Positions 37,010-46,604 of a DNA stretch of 64,000 nt are shown here, piece after piece. How positions within the stretch are numbered: position 1 is the first letter of the stretch; every line of letters begins with the position of its first letter. The notes under the pieces were generated by a model. The model was not told the origin of the DNA. It saw nothing but the letters and a program-made list of their open reading frames with translations, and did no database searches. Source of the stretch: Sphingomicrobium sp. GTDB taxonomy: Bacteria; Pseudomonadota; Alphaproteobacteria; Sphingomonadales; Sphingomonadaceae. Location of the stretch: positions 1,465 through 65,464 of the forward strand of contig JBQCCG010000274.1 in assembly GCA_051962455.1 (NCBI GenBank), in the 5' to 3' direction. A program made the position numbers and the translations under genes.

Positions 37010-38202
37010 TGCGCTTTTTGCGCTCAGCGTTCGTAATCGCCCGCCGCGACTTTTCCGCGACAGTTCTGTCCAAGACCTTCATCTTTTTCCTGCTCGCGCC
37101 GCTTTTCCCCGCCGCCATGGGAGGATTGTTCGGCGGCATCGGGGCACGAGTCGCCAGCCAGGCCGAGCGTCCAGTCGTCGCCGTCGTGGCCCCGAGAGCG
37201 GAATTCGAGCGGCTGGTCGCAGCGCGGGACGAGATGGCCTCGGCAATCGGCGACGAGGCGATGGTGAAGATCGTCGGGGTCTCACCCCAGCCCGATTTTG
37301 CAGCTCAGCAAAAGCGCCTGCTTGCGAGCCACGATCCTCCGATCCGCGCGGTGCTGAGCGGCGGACTCGATCACCCCCGGCTGGTCGGCGCTCTCAGTGA
37401 TCCCGCAACGGTGGGCCAGCTGAAGCTGCTGATTGCCGATGCTCGCGCGGGCAATGTCGTCAAAACGCCAGATATCCCTGTGACCGACGTCCATGTTTCG
37501 TCGGGTTCGCTCGAATCTGATCGGATGAATACCGCCTGGATCGCGCAGGCCGGCTTGTTCTTCCTGACGCTGATGCTGTCGACGATGGTCATGTCCCAGC
37601 TGATCGAGGAAAAATCGAACAAGGTCATCGAGGTGATTGCCGCGGCAATGCGGATCGATGCGATGTTCGTGGGAAAGCTGTTCGCAATGCTGGCGGCTTC
37701 CGTCCTCGCGTTGGTCGTGTGGATCTCGGCCGGGGCGCTTTTGCTCCAGATGGTGAAGCATGGCGGCGTCCAGTCGCTCCCGGCGCCTGCCGTCGGTTGG
37801 CCCGCCTTTCTCATCCTCTCGGTGATCTATTTCGCCATGAACTATCTGCTGTTCGGCGCCGCGTTCCTGATGATCGGCGCGCAAGCGTCCACCGCGCGCG
37901 AAGTCCAGACCATGTCTCTGCCGGTGACCTTTGCGCAAATGCTGATCTTCGCCTTCGCCGCGACGGCGATCAACGGGTTGAATTCGCCGGCAGCCTTGGC
38001 AGCCGCGGCGTTCCCGCTTTCGTCACCGCTGACGATGCTGGCCCGCGCCGCCGAGCAATCGGCATTGTGGCCGCACGTGGTCGCCATCCTGTGGCAGGCC
38101 TTGTGGGTCGCGCTGATCCTGCGCTTCGGCGCCAGGCTGTTCCGAAGGACAGTGCTGAAGTCGGGACCGCGGCTGCCATGGTGGCGGTTCGGCCGGGCTT
38201 AG
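37006..38202 (+). CDS. ABC-2 type (NatB-like) permease
   Basis: ATGA overlap with the ATPase, IEEKSNKVIEV, GKLF and FPLSSP. Confidence 0.88.
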   Translation: MMRFLRSAFVIARRDFSATVLSKTFIFFLLAPLFPAAMGGLFGGIGARVASQAERPVVAVVAPRAEFERLVAARDEMASAIGDEAMVKIVGVSPQPDFAAQQKRLLASHDPPIRAVLSGGLDHPRLVGALSDPATVGQLKLLIADARAGNVVKTPDIPVTDVHVSSGSLESDRMNTAWIAQAGLFFLTLMLSTMVMSQLIEEKSNKVIEVIAAAMRIDAMFVGKLFAMLAASVLALVVWISAGALLLQMVKHGGVQSLPAPAVGWPAFLILSVIYFAMNYLLFGAAFLMIGAQASTAREVQTMSLPVTFAQMLIFAFAATAINGLNSPAALAAAAFPLSSPLTMLARAAEQSALWPHVVAILWQALWVALILRFGARLFRRTVLKSGPRLPWWRFGRA

Positions 38203-38945
38203 GCGAGGGCCGCGGCCGCCATCTCGGTCAGCTTGGCCATCAGTGCCCGGTGCGGAAACGGGCCGTGGCTGATCCGCGCGACCCCCGTCGCCGCAAGTTG
38301 CGCGTTTGACGGGCAGCCCGGAAACGCCATGAAGTTCACCGGCAGCGGCGAGTTCGCGCACACGCGCTCGAGCAGCTTCAAATCCGAAAGCAGCGGAACG
38401 AAGAAGCCGCTCGCGCCGGCGTCGGCGTAGGCCCTCGCGCGCTCCAGCGCCTGATCGATCATCGCCTCGTCGTGAGCTTCCCTGGGCGCCTTCAGGAAGA
38501 TGTCGGTCCGGGCATTAATGAAGAAATCCGCGCCCGCGCCCCGCCGTGCCGCGGCAATCCTCGCCGCCTGGTCGGCAATCGAATACAGCCGGTCCGTTCC
38601 GACGACCTGATCCTCGAAATTGCAGCCGACGGCTCCTGCCGCCTTCAATCGGCTGAGGTTGTGCTCCACCGTGCCGGGGTCGCTCGCATAGCCGCCCTCG
38701 AAGTCGACGGTGACGGACAGGTCGACGGCTCGAACGATCCACTCCGCATTCTGAAGCGCGAACTCCAGCGGCAATTGTTCGCCATCCCTAAAGCCGTTCG
38801 CCGCCGCGACCGACGCGCTGCCGGTGGCGATCGCCTTGGCACCCGATTTGGCGACGGCGTCGGCGCAGCCTGCATCCCACACGTTGAACAGAACCAGCGG
38901 ATTGCCTGGGACGTGGAGATTTGCGAACTCTTCGAACTTGCTCAT
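38199..38945 (-). CDS. Isocitrate lyase / PEP mutase family protein
   Basis: LFNVWDAG, IATGSASVA, VTVDFEGGY, GCNFEDQ, INARTD and YADAGASGFFVP. Confidence 0.9.
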   Translation of the reverse strand: MSKFEEFANLHVPGNPLVLFNVWDAGCADAVAKSGAKAIATGSASVAAANGFRDGEQLPLEFALQNAEWIVRAVDLSVTVDFEGGYASDPGTVEHNLSRLKAAGAVGCNFEDQVVGTDRLYSIADQAARIAAARRGAGADFFINARTDIFLKAPREAHDEAMIDQALERARAYADAGASGFFVPLLSDLKLLERVCANSPLPVNFMAFPGCPSNAQLAATGVARISHGPFPHRALMAKLTEMAAAALA

Positions 38946-39068
38946 TGGCGGAAGCTCCTTTGGCACCATCCAATAGATGCATTCCGCTGGTTGTAGCTGC
39001 AAAATCCGACCGCGAAGCGACAAGTTGGGCTTATCGTTCTGCAGGCGAAGCTGCTAATCGCGGGCGCG

Positions 39069-40085
39069 ATGGCGGAGACAATTCTTGACCGGCCGGCGCT
39101 GCTCGAAAGCCTGAGCGAAGCGGCGCTGATCGCCGCCGACTGGCGCGTGCAGTGCACCAACGCGGCCGCTCGCGCGCTGCTCGGCGAGCGCATCGAAGGC
39201 GCGACGCTGGACAGCGTGATCTCCCACCCGGCGGCGATCGAAGCGCTCGAGCGGGGCGCTGGAGATGAACCGGAAGATGTCGAATTGACCGGCCTCGACG
39301 GCTCGCGCCGCTCCTGGCTGATGCGCACCGCCCAAATCGCCGACGGCGCGTACCTAATCCGTTTTCTAGACCGCAGCGAATCGCGCGCTGCCGAGCAGAT
39401 GCGTGTCGACTTCGTCGCCAATGCCAGTCACGAACTGAGAACCCCACTCGCTACCCTGATCGGCTATGCCGAGACCCTGCGCGAACGGGCGGATGAGATC
39501 GATCCCGAGACCCGCGAACGATTCCTCGCTGTCGTCCATGACGAGGCGCGGAGAATGCAGCGCGTGGTCGAGGACCTCATCTCTCTGTCGCGGATCGAGG
39601 CGGAGAAGTTTACGGAGCCCACCGACGCCGTCGCGCTCGAGCCGGTGATCGATCACACGCTCGAAAGCGCCCGCCGAATCGCCGATGAGCGCGGCTCGGC
39701 GCTTGTGCGCGATGTCGAACAGGACCTTCCCCACGTCGCGGCCGACGGAAGCCAGATCCTCCAGTTGCTCGACAATCTGGTGATGAATGCGCTTCGCTAT
39801 GGCGAGCCGGGAACGCCGGTCACTGTCACCGCTTACGCGGAGGGGGCGATGGTGCATCTGACCGTCAGCGATGAAGGCGAAGGCATCGCGCCCGAACATG
39901 TGCAGCGCGTGACCGAGCGCTTCTATCGGGTCGACAACAGCCGGAGCCGCTCGCTCGGGGGAACCGGTCTCGGCCTGTCGATCGTCAAGCACATCGTCGA
40001 GCGGCACCGCGGCCGGCTAAACATCGAGAGCGAGGTCGGGAGGGGCACCAGCGTCCATGTCCTCCTGCCGGTCGCGGTTTCATAA
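39069..40085 (+). CDS. phoR: Phosphate regulon sensor kinase, PAS plus HisKA plus HATPase, no TM segment
   Basis: DFVANASHELRTPL, DNLVMNALRY, DEGEGI, RFYRVD and GGTGLGLSIVKH. It is adjacent to phoB/pst. Confidence 0.88.
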   Translation: MAETILDRPALLESLSEAALIAADWRVQCTNAAARALLGERIEGATLDSVISHPAAIEALERGAGDEPEDVELTGLDGSRRSWLMRTAQIADGAYLIRFLDRSESRAAEQMRVDFVANASHELRTPLATLIGYAETLRERADEIDPETRERFLAVVHDEARRMQRVVEDLISLSRIEAEKFTEPTDAVALEPVIDHTLESARRIADERGSALVRDVEQDLPHVAADGSQILQLLDNLVMNALRYGEPGTPVTVTAYAEGAMVHLTVSDEGEGIAPEHVQRVTERFYRVDNSRSRSLGGTGLGLSIVKHIVERHRGRLNIESEVGRGTSVHVLLPVAVS

Positions 40086-40094
40086 AAGTGTCAT
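40077..40094 (+). promoter_or_regulatory. Pho box upstream of phoB, overlapping the phoR stop
   Basis: GTTTCAT-AAAA-GTGTCAT matches the CTGTCAT-N4-CTGTCAT 11-bp repeat. Confidence 0.65.
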
Positions 40095-40119
40095 GCATGC
40101 TCGGTAGGAGAGGCTCGCC

Positions 40120-40812
40120 GTGACCAAGCCGACGCTCCTGCTCGTCGAAGATGATCGAGCCCTCGCCGACCTGTTGACCTGGCATTTCACCCGGGAAGGT
40201 TATGAAATCGTCCGCACCGCCGACGGGGACGAGGCGCTGCTGCTTGCCCAGGAGCGGACTCCTGACCTCGTGATCCTCGACTGGATGATCGAAGGCGTGA
40301 CCGGAATCGAGGTCTGCCGCCGACTTCGCCGAAGGAGCTCGACCGCACAGGTGCCGATCATCATGCTGACCGCGCGCGGCGAGGAGAGCGACCGGATCCG
40401 CGGACTCGAAACCGGCGCCGACGATTATGTCACCAAGCCGTTCAGCCCGCGCGAGCTGATTGCCCGCGTCGGCGCGGTGCTCCGCCGTATCCGGCCCGCG
40501 CTCGCCGGCGAGCAGCGGGTGTTCGGCGACAACGAAATGGACGTCGATGCCCCACGCGTCCGCCGCGGCGGGCAGGCGGTTCAGCTCGGCCCCACCGAAT
40601 TCCGGCTGCTCCGGCACTTGATGGAGCAGCCCGGCCGTGTCTTCTCGCGCGAGCGGCTGCTCGATGCCGTCTGGGGGCATGATCCCGACATCGACACGCG
40701 CACCGTCGACGTGCATATCCGACGGCTGCGCAAGGCGTTGAACGAAGGGCATAAGCCCGACGTGATCCGAACCGTCCGGTCGGCCGGCTATTCGCTCGAT
40801 AGCGAAGCCTGA
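40120..40812 (+). CDS. phoB: Phosphate regulon response regulator
   Basis: LVILDWM, IIMLTARGEESDRIRGLETGADDYVTKPF, LGPTEFRLL and RTVDVHIRRLRKAL. Confidence 0.93.
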   Translation: MTKPTLLLVEDDRALADLLTWHFTREGYEIVRTADGDEALLLAQERTPDLVILDWMIEGVTGIEVCRRLRRRSSTAQVPIIMLTARGEESDRIRGLETGADDYVTKPFSPRELIARVGAVLRRIRPALAGEQRVFGDNEMDVDAPRVRRGGQAVQLGPTEFRLLRHLMEQPGRVFSRERLLDAVWGHDPDIDTRTVDVHIRRLRKALNEGHKPDVIRTVRSAGYSLDSEA

Positions 40813-40815
40813 ACG

Positions 40816-40844
40816 CTGTCACAAAAGTGAAATAGCGGAGTCAC
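40816..40844 (+). promoter_or_regulatory. Pho box(es) upstream of pstS
   Basis: CTGTCAC-AAAA-GTGAAAT-AGCG-GAGTCAC gives three 11-bp units, with a possible -10 TAGTCT at about 40860. Confidence 0.7.
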
Positions 40845-40886
40845 TGTTCCGCCGCCGGGTAGTCTTACGACGCGCTTCGAACATCA

Positions 40887-41945
40887 ATGGAGGAATGCGT
40901 GAAAGCGATCACGGGGATCGTCTTGGCGGCGGCGCTGATGACGGCTGGCTGCGGAAGTCAGAGCGGCAACAACGCGGGCCAGGGTAGCGGCTCTTCGGCA
41001 CACCAAATCACCGGCGCCGGCTCGACTTTTGTCTATCCGGTTCTGTCGGCCTGGGCTTCGGATTACAGCAAACAAGCCGGGGTCCAGATCAACTATCAGT
41101 CGATCGGCTCAGGCGGCGGAATTTCGCAGGTGAAGGCCGGCACGGTCACCTTCGGCGCAACCGACCAGCCGCTCGCGAGCGACGAGCTTGCAAAGAGCAA
41201 CCTCGCGCAATTCCCGATCGTCGTCGGCGGCATCGTTGCGGTCGTCAACGTCTCGGGTCTCGCCGCCGGCAAGCTGAAGCTCACGGGTCCGCTGCTCGCG
41301 GACATTTTCGCGGGCAAGGTCAGGAACTGGAATGATCCGGCGATCGTGAAGATCAACCCCGGCGTGAGCCTGCCGAACGCTGCGATTGCGGTCGTGCACC
41401 GCTCCGACGGCTCAGGCACCACTTTCAACTTCACCCATTATCTTTCGCAGGTCAGCCCTGCCTGGAAGAGCGGACCGGGCGAAGGGAAGACGGTCTCCTG
41501 GCCGACTGGCGTTGGCGGCAAGGGCAATGAGGGCGTCGCGGCCTATGTGAAGCAGCTGCCGAACTCCGTCGGCTATGTCGAATATGCCTATGTCGTGCAA
41601 AATCGCATGACATACGCGCTTCTCCAGAACGCGGCCGGACAGTTCGTCGCTCCGAGCGCAGATTCCTTCGCCGCGGCGGCTGCAACCGCCGACTGGAACA
41701 AGGCGAAGGACTTCAACCTGGTGATGACCAATGCACCGGGCGCGAATGCCTATCCGATCGCTGCGAGCACCTTCATACTTCTCCCTAGGCAGCCGAAGGA
41801 CAAGGTGAAGTCGGATGCGGCCATCGCCTTCTTCAAATATGCGCTCGAAAATGGCCAGGGCCAGGCGAAGAAGCTCGATTATGTACCGCTTCCGGACACG
41901 CTGGTCCGGCAAATCGAGAGCTATATCGCCGCTACGGTCAAGTGA
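40887..41945 (+). CDS. pstS: Phosphate ABC transporter substrate-binding protein, lipoprotein signal
   Basis: ITGAGSTF, YQSIGSGGG, HRSDGSGTT, GKGNEGV and IGYVEY-like motif. Lipobox LMTAG-C; probable start GTG 40899. Confidence 0.95.
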   Translation: MEECVKAITGIVLAAALMTAGCGSQSGNNAGQGSGSSAHQITGAGSTFVYPVLSAWASDYSKQAGVQINYQSIGSGGGISQVKAGTVTFGATDQPLASDELAKSNLAQFPIVVGGIVAVVNVSGLAAGKLKLTGPLLADIFAGKVRNWNDPAIVKINPGVSLPNAAIAVVHRSDGSGTTFNFTHYLSQVSPAWKSGPGEGKTVSWPTGVGGKGNEGVAAYVKQLPNSVGYVEYAYVVQNRMTYALLQNAAGQFVAPSADSFAAAAATADWNKAKDFNLVMTNAPGANAYPIAASTFILLPRQPKDKVKSDAAIAFFKYALENGQGQAKKLDYVPLPDTLVRQIESYIAATVK

Positions 41946-42901
41946 ACGCCCCAGCCATTATCCCAATCCGGAGCTCCAGCTCCGCGGACCGCCTGTTTCA
42001 CGCTGTCACCGCTGGCGCCGCGTGGCTCGTGCTCGTCATCCTCGGCGCTGCGGCTGTGTCGATGGCGTGGGGCGGCCGGCTCGCGTTCGAGACCTTCGGC
42101 TGGCGGTTCATCACCAGCCGCGATTGGGACGCGGTCGCCGGCCAGTTCGGCGCCTGCGTTCCGATCGTCGGCACGCTGGTGACTTCGGCTATTGCTCTCA
42201 TGATTGCCGTCCCGATCAGCATCGGCATCGCATTGTTCCTGACCGACATCGCACCGCGCTGGTCTCGCGGACCGATCCGCACGGCAATCGAGCTGCTCGC
42301 CGCCATTCCCAGCATCATCTACGGCATGTGGGGACTGTTCGTGTTCGCGCCCTTCATGGCCGCCCATGTCGAACCGTGGCTCTCCGCGAAGCTCGGGCCG
42401 CTGCCAATGGTCGGCGTCCTGTTCGCCGGACCCCCGATCGGCATCGGGATGCTGACCGCCGGAATCGTGCTCGGGATCATGATCATCCCCTTCATCTCGG
42501 CGGTCGCCCGCGATGTGTTCAACGCCGTTCCGGCCTCGCTGAAGGAAGCCGCCGTCGCGCTCGGTTCGACCCGGTGGGAAATCCTCAGCCGGGTGACCCT
42601 GCCCTACACGCGCTCGGCGATCGTCGGCGCAATCTTCCTCGGACTGGGACGCGCACTGGGGGAGACGATGGCGGTGACTTTCGTCCTCGGCAACGCGCAT
42701 GACCTCTCAGCCTCGCTGCTGATGCCGAGCAATTCCATTGCCGCCGCGATCGCCAACGAGTTCACCGAGGCCGACACCGACCTCTACCGGTCCTCGCTCA
42801 TCGCTCTCGCATTCCTGCTGTTCGTCGTCACCCTCCTCGTTCTCACAGCCGCGCGGTTGATGCTGATGCGGATCGGTCGCGCGCACGGGAGGACGCACTG
42901 A
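41942..42901 (+). CDS. pstC: Phosphate ABC permease PstC
   Basis: [23 protein letters not shown] and [10 protein letters not shown]. Confidence 0.95.
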   Translation: MNAPAIIPIRSSSSADRLFHAVTAGAAWLVLVILGAAAVSMAWGGRLAFETFGWRFITSRDWDAVAGQFGACVPIVGTLVTSAIALMIAVPISIGIALFLTDIAPRWSRGPIRTAIELLAAIPSIIYGMWGLFVFAPFMAAHVEPWLSAKLGPLPMVGVLFAGPPIGIGMLTAGIVLGIMIIPFISAVARDVFNAVPASLKEAAVALGSTRWEILSRVTLPYTRSAIVGAIFLGLGRALGETMAVTFVLGNAHDLSASLLMPSNSIAAAIANEFTEADTDLYRSSLIALAFLLFVVTLLVLTAARLMLMRIGRAHGRTH

Positions 42902-43734
42902 TGGTCCTGCTTCGGCGCAAGCTCGTCGACTTGGTCGCCCTGCTGTTTGCGACGGCCGCGACACTGTTCGGCCTTGTCTGGCTCGTCTGGATCCTGTGGA
43001 CGACGGTGAGCCAGGGAGCAGCCGCCCTATCCCCGGCACTATTCACCCAAATGACCCCGCCGCCGGGAGAGAGCGGAGGCTTGCTGAACGCGCTTTACGG
43101 AAGCGCGGTCATGGTTCTGCTCGCCCTCATCATCGGTACGCCGGTCGGCATCGCCGCCGGCACTTATCTCGCCGAGCACGGCCGTCATTCACGGCTCGCC
43201 GCGACCGTCAGCTTCATCAACGACGTCCTGCTCAGCGCTCCATCCATCGTCATTGGCCTCTTCGTCTATGAGCTCGTCGTGCGCCCCTCAGGCCATTTCT
43301 CGGGATTCGCGGGCGCACTCGCGCTCGCAATCATTCTCCTGCCGATCGTTGTACGAACGACCGATGAAGCGCTGCGGCTGGTGCCGAACACGATGCGCGA
43401 AGCCGCGTTCGCGCTTGGCATGCCCGCATGGCGAGTCACTTCGCGGGTCATCTACAAGGCGGCGCTGAGCGGCATTGTCACCGGGGTGCTGCTCGGACTG
43501 GCCCGAATCGCCGGCGAGACCGCTCCGCTGCTTTTCACCGCGTTGAACAACCAGTTCTGGAGCGCCAGCCTCGGCCAGCCGCTCGCCAACGTGCCCGTCG
43601 TGATCTTCCAATATGCAATGAGTCCCTACGACGAATGGCACGCGCTCGCCTGGGCCGGCGCGCTGATCCTCACGGCGTTCGTACTCGGACTGAACCTGCT
43701 CGTGCGCTTTCTCGCACGCAGGGGGAGCAGATGA
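42901..43734 (+). CDS. pstA: Phosphate ABC permease PstA
   Basis: [26 protein letters not shown] and [10 protein letters not shown]. Confidence 0.95.
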   Translation: MVLLRRKLVDLVALLFATAATLFGLVWLVWILWTTVSQGAAALSPALFTQMTPPPGESGGLLNALYGSAVMVLLALIIGTPVGIAAGTYLAEHGRHSRLAATVSFINDVLLSAPSIVIGLFVYELVVRPSGHFSGFAGALALAIILLPIVVRTTDEALRLVPNTMREAAFALGMPAWRVTSRVIYKAALSGIVTGVLLGLARIAGETAPLLFTALNNQFWSASLGQPLANVPVVIFQYAMSPYDEWHALAWAGALILTAFVLGLNLLVRFLARRGSR

Positions 43735-44531
43735 TCTCTATGCTCGAACCACAAACCCGGACGGAGACCGTCGCCGGCCCACCGAAGATCGACATTCGCG
43801 GACTGGAGTTTTTCTACGGCAAGACCCGCGCATTGAACGCGGTCGACCTCGCGATCCCGGAGCATGCGGTGACGGCGGTCATCGGACCGTCGGGGTGCGG
43901 TAAATCGACCCTGCTTCGCACGATCAATCGCATCTACGAGCTCTATCCCGACCAGAAGGCCACGGGCGAGATCATGATCGACGGCCGCGACGTCCTCGAT
44001 TCGGGCTATCCGCTTACCCGGCTGCGACGCAACATCGGCATGGTCTTCCAGAAGCCGACGCCGTTCGCGACGAGCATTCGCAAGAACGTCGCCTTCGCCC
44101 TCTCCTATTACGAACGGCTGCCAAAGCGCGAGCTCGCCGACCGTGTCGAGGACGCGTTGAAGCAGGCGGCACTGTGGGATGAAGTGAGGGACAAGCTCGA
44201 TACCAGCGCGCTGGCGCTGTCGGGCGGCCAGCAGCAGCGATTGTGCATCGCGCGGACGCTCGCGGTTCGGCCCGAGATCATCCTGCTCGACGAGCCGACC
44301 TCGGCGCTCGACCCGATCTCGACGGCCAAGATCGAGGAGCTGATCGACGACCTCCGCCAGCGCTTCACCATCGTCATTGTTACTCACAACATGCAGCAGG
44401 CGGCGCGCGTGTCGCAGCGGACCGCCTTTTTCCATCTGGGTGAGCTGATCGAGGTCGGCGACACCTCACAGATCTTCACCAACCCCCATGTCCAGCGCAC
44501 CCAGGACTATATCACCGGCCGCTACGGCTGA
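43731..44531 (+). CDS. pstB: Phosphate ABC ATPase PstB
   Basis: [41 protein letters not shown] and [10 protein letters not shown]. Confidence 0.96.
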   Translation: MISMLEPQTRTETVAGPPKIDIRGLEFFYGKTRALNAVDLAIPEHAVTAVIGPSGCGKSTLLRTINRIYELYPDQKATGEIMIDGRDVLDSGYPLTRLRRNIGMVFQKPTPFATSIRKNVAFALSYYERLPKRELADRVEDALKQAALWDEVRDKLDTSALALSGGQQQRLCIARTLAVRPEIILLDEPTSALDPISTAKIEELIDDLRQRFTIVIVTHNMQQAARVSQRTAFFHLGELIEVGDTSQIFTNPHVQRTQDYITGRYG

Positions 44532-44545
44532 GCGGAGCGAACCGA

Positions 44546-45220
44546 ATGCAGCAGATGCACGGACACACATTGAAAGCGTTCGATCAGGACCTCGCCGAAC
44601 TTCGCGGCCTGATCACCGACATGGGCTCGTTCGCCGAGGCAGCGATTGAAGAGGCCATGCGCTGCCTGGTCGAGCACGATGTTGCTGCGGCGGGACAATT
44701 GGTCGAGGCCGATGTCCAGCTCGACGAACTCGAGGCGGAAGCCGAGCGGCGGGTCCTGGAGTTGATCGCGCTCCGCGCCCCAATGGCCGACGATCTGCGC
44801 GACGCCATCGCCGCGCTCAAGATCGCCGGCGTGGTCGAGCGGATCGGCGATTACGCCAAGAACATCGCACGGCGGGTACGAAGGCTTCCCGAAAGGAAAG
44901 AGATCGAGCCGTTGTCCCTCCTGCCCGAGATGGCGAAGATCGCATCCGGCATGGTCCATGACGTGCTCGGCGCCTTCGCGGCACGGGACGCCCAGTTGGC
45001 GCAAGCCGTATGCCTCCGCGACGACGCGCTCGACGACTTTTACGAGAGCATCTTCCGGACGCTCCTCACTTACATGATGGAAAATCCGCAGAACATCGGC
45101 CCGTCGACCACGCTGCTGTTCGTCGCCAAGAACCTTGAACGGATCGGGGATCATGCGACCAATATCGCCGAGATGGTCTATTTCGCCGCGACCGGCGAGC
45201 AGCTGACTGAAGTAGATTAA
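44546..45220 (+). CDS. phoU: Phosphate signalling protein PhoU
   Basis: HTLKAFDQDL, APMADDLR, ERIGDYAKNIA and LERIGDHATNIAE. Confidence 0.95.
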   Translation: MQQMHGHTLKAFDQDLAELRGLITDMGSFAEAAIEEAMRCLVEHDVAAAGQLVEADVQLDELEAEAERRVLELIALRAPMADDLRDAIAALKIAGVVERIGDYAKNIARRVRRLPERKEIEPLSLLPEMAKIASGMVHDVLGAFAARDAQLAQAVCLRDDALDDFYESIFRTLLTYMMENPQNIGPSTTLLFVAKNLERIGDHATNIAEMVYFAATGEQLTEVD

Positions 45221-45286
45221 CGGGCGAGGCGCGAATGAAACGGCCCGCCGTCTCCGGCGAGCCGCTCCGTTGCCCAGCGAATTACC

Positions 45287-46300
45287 TCACTTGATGTTCG
45301 TACCGACATAGCCCTGGATCATCTTCACGAGGCCGGCCGGCAGCGGCACGTAGTCGAGACTCAGCGCCTGCGGCTGTCCCTTGCTGAGCGCCCATCCGAA
45401 GAATTTGCGCGCCTGCTGACTCGTCGCGGCATTCTTCGGCTGCTTGTACATCAGCACAAAGGTCGTCGCGGCGATCGGATAGGAGTTCGCGCCCGGCGCA
45501 TTGGTCATCACCAGGTAGAAATCTTTCGCATGCGCCCAGTCGGCCGTTGCCGCGGCCGCAGCGAAGCTCCTGGCGTTTGGAGCGACGAACTTGCCCGCGG
45601 CGTTCTGCATCAAGGTGTAGACCATGTGATTCTGGAGCACGTAGGCATATTCGACATAGCCGATCGAATAGGGGATCTGGTTGACGTAACCGGCAACCCC
45701 CTCGTTGCCCTTGCCGCCGATTCCGCCGTTCCAGGCAACCGTTGTGCCCTCGCCGAACCTGGCCTTCCAGCCTGGGCTCACCTGACTGAGGTAGTGGGTG
45801 AAGTTGAACGTCGTGCCCGAGCCGTCCGACCGGTGAACCGGCGTGATCTCCTTCGCCGGAAAGTGCACGCCCGGATTGAGCTTGGAGATGCGCGGATCGT
45901 TCCACATCTTGATTTCGCCCGCGTAGATTGCAGCGAGCAGCGGACCGCTCATCTTCACCTGGCCAGGATGCGATCCGGGGATGTTGATCACGGGGACGAT
46001 CCCACCAATCACGACTGGGAATTGAGCCAGACCGGCAGCCTGCAATTCTTCGGCTGAAAGCGGCTTGTCCGTCGCGCCGAAGTCGACGGTTCCCGCCTTG
46101 ATCTGAGCGATCCCGCCGCCGGAACCGATCGACTGATAATTGATCTCGTCGCCACCCGCTTTCTTGAAGTCCGAGGCCCATTTGGAGAGCACAGGATAGA
46201 CGAAGGTCGAGCCTGCACCGGTGATACCGGCATGAGCCGGAACGGCGATCATCGCCGCCGACGCGGCGAGAAACGCGATCGAACGAGTAAGCATATTCAT
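45287..46300 (-). CDS. pstS: Second phosphate-binding protein PstS, soluble periplasmic signal
   Basis: ITGAGSTFVYP, YQSIGSGGG and HRSDGSGTT. Signal ends AHA with no lipobox Cys; ATG 46300. Confidence 0.93.
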   Translation of the reverse strand: MNMLTRSIAFLAASAAMIAVPAHAGITGAGSTFVYPVLSKWASDFKKAGGDEINYQSIGSGGGIAQIKAGTVDFGATDKPLSAEELQAAGLAQFPVVIGGIVPVINIPGSHPGQVKMSGPLLAAIYAGEIKMWNDPRISKLNPGVHFPAKEITPVHRSDGSGTTFNFTHYLSQVSPGWKARFGEGTTVAWNGGIGGKGNEGVAGYVNQIPYSIGYVEYAYVLQNHMVYTLMQNAAGKFVAPNARSFAAAAATADWAHAKDFYLVMTNAPGANSYPIAATTFVLMYKQPKNAATSQQARKFFGWALSKGQPQALSLDYVPLPAGLVKMIQGYVGTNIK

Positions 46301-46478
46301 TTGGGTGTCCCCCGAGGTGATGAATTGGCGACGGCGATCGCCACCGCCTTCGAGGGTACGGCCGCTCAGGGACAAGGATGTGACCGCTCGGTTGCGGTTT
46401 GATTGCGGCCCTGACGAGACTGGCCATCCTTCGATACGGCAAGGGCGCGGCCGGCAAGAGAAACGGCCATGGAAGCGG

Positions 46479-46507
46479 CTGTAACAAAAGTGACCGACAG
46501 CCGTCAC
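46479..46507 (+). promoter_or_regulatory. Pho box array between divergent pstS2 and the porin
   Basis: CTGTAAC-AAAA-GTGACCG-ACAG-CCGTCAC, in 11-bp periodicity. Confidence 0.6.
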
Positions 46508-46604
46508 AGCTTCGTTCGCCTTGGCCGGTTAACGGCAGAGTCGAGTTTACGAACTCGCCTTTGAAGCGCTCCACGGGGGGGCGGTAAAAGAAGGGGCCCA
46601 TCGA

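Noticed and set aside
46301-46460. Possible riboswitch or structured RNA in the long pstS2 5' region (repeated GCCGTA..TCGAAGG on the minus strand)
   Set aside because: No match to any riboswitch consensus I know, no terminator, and the repeat is short and imperfect.
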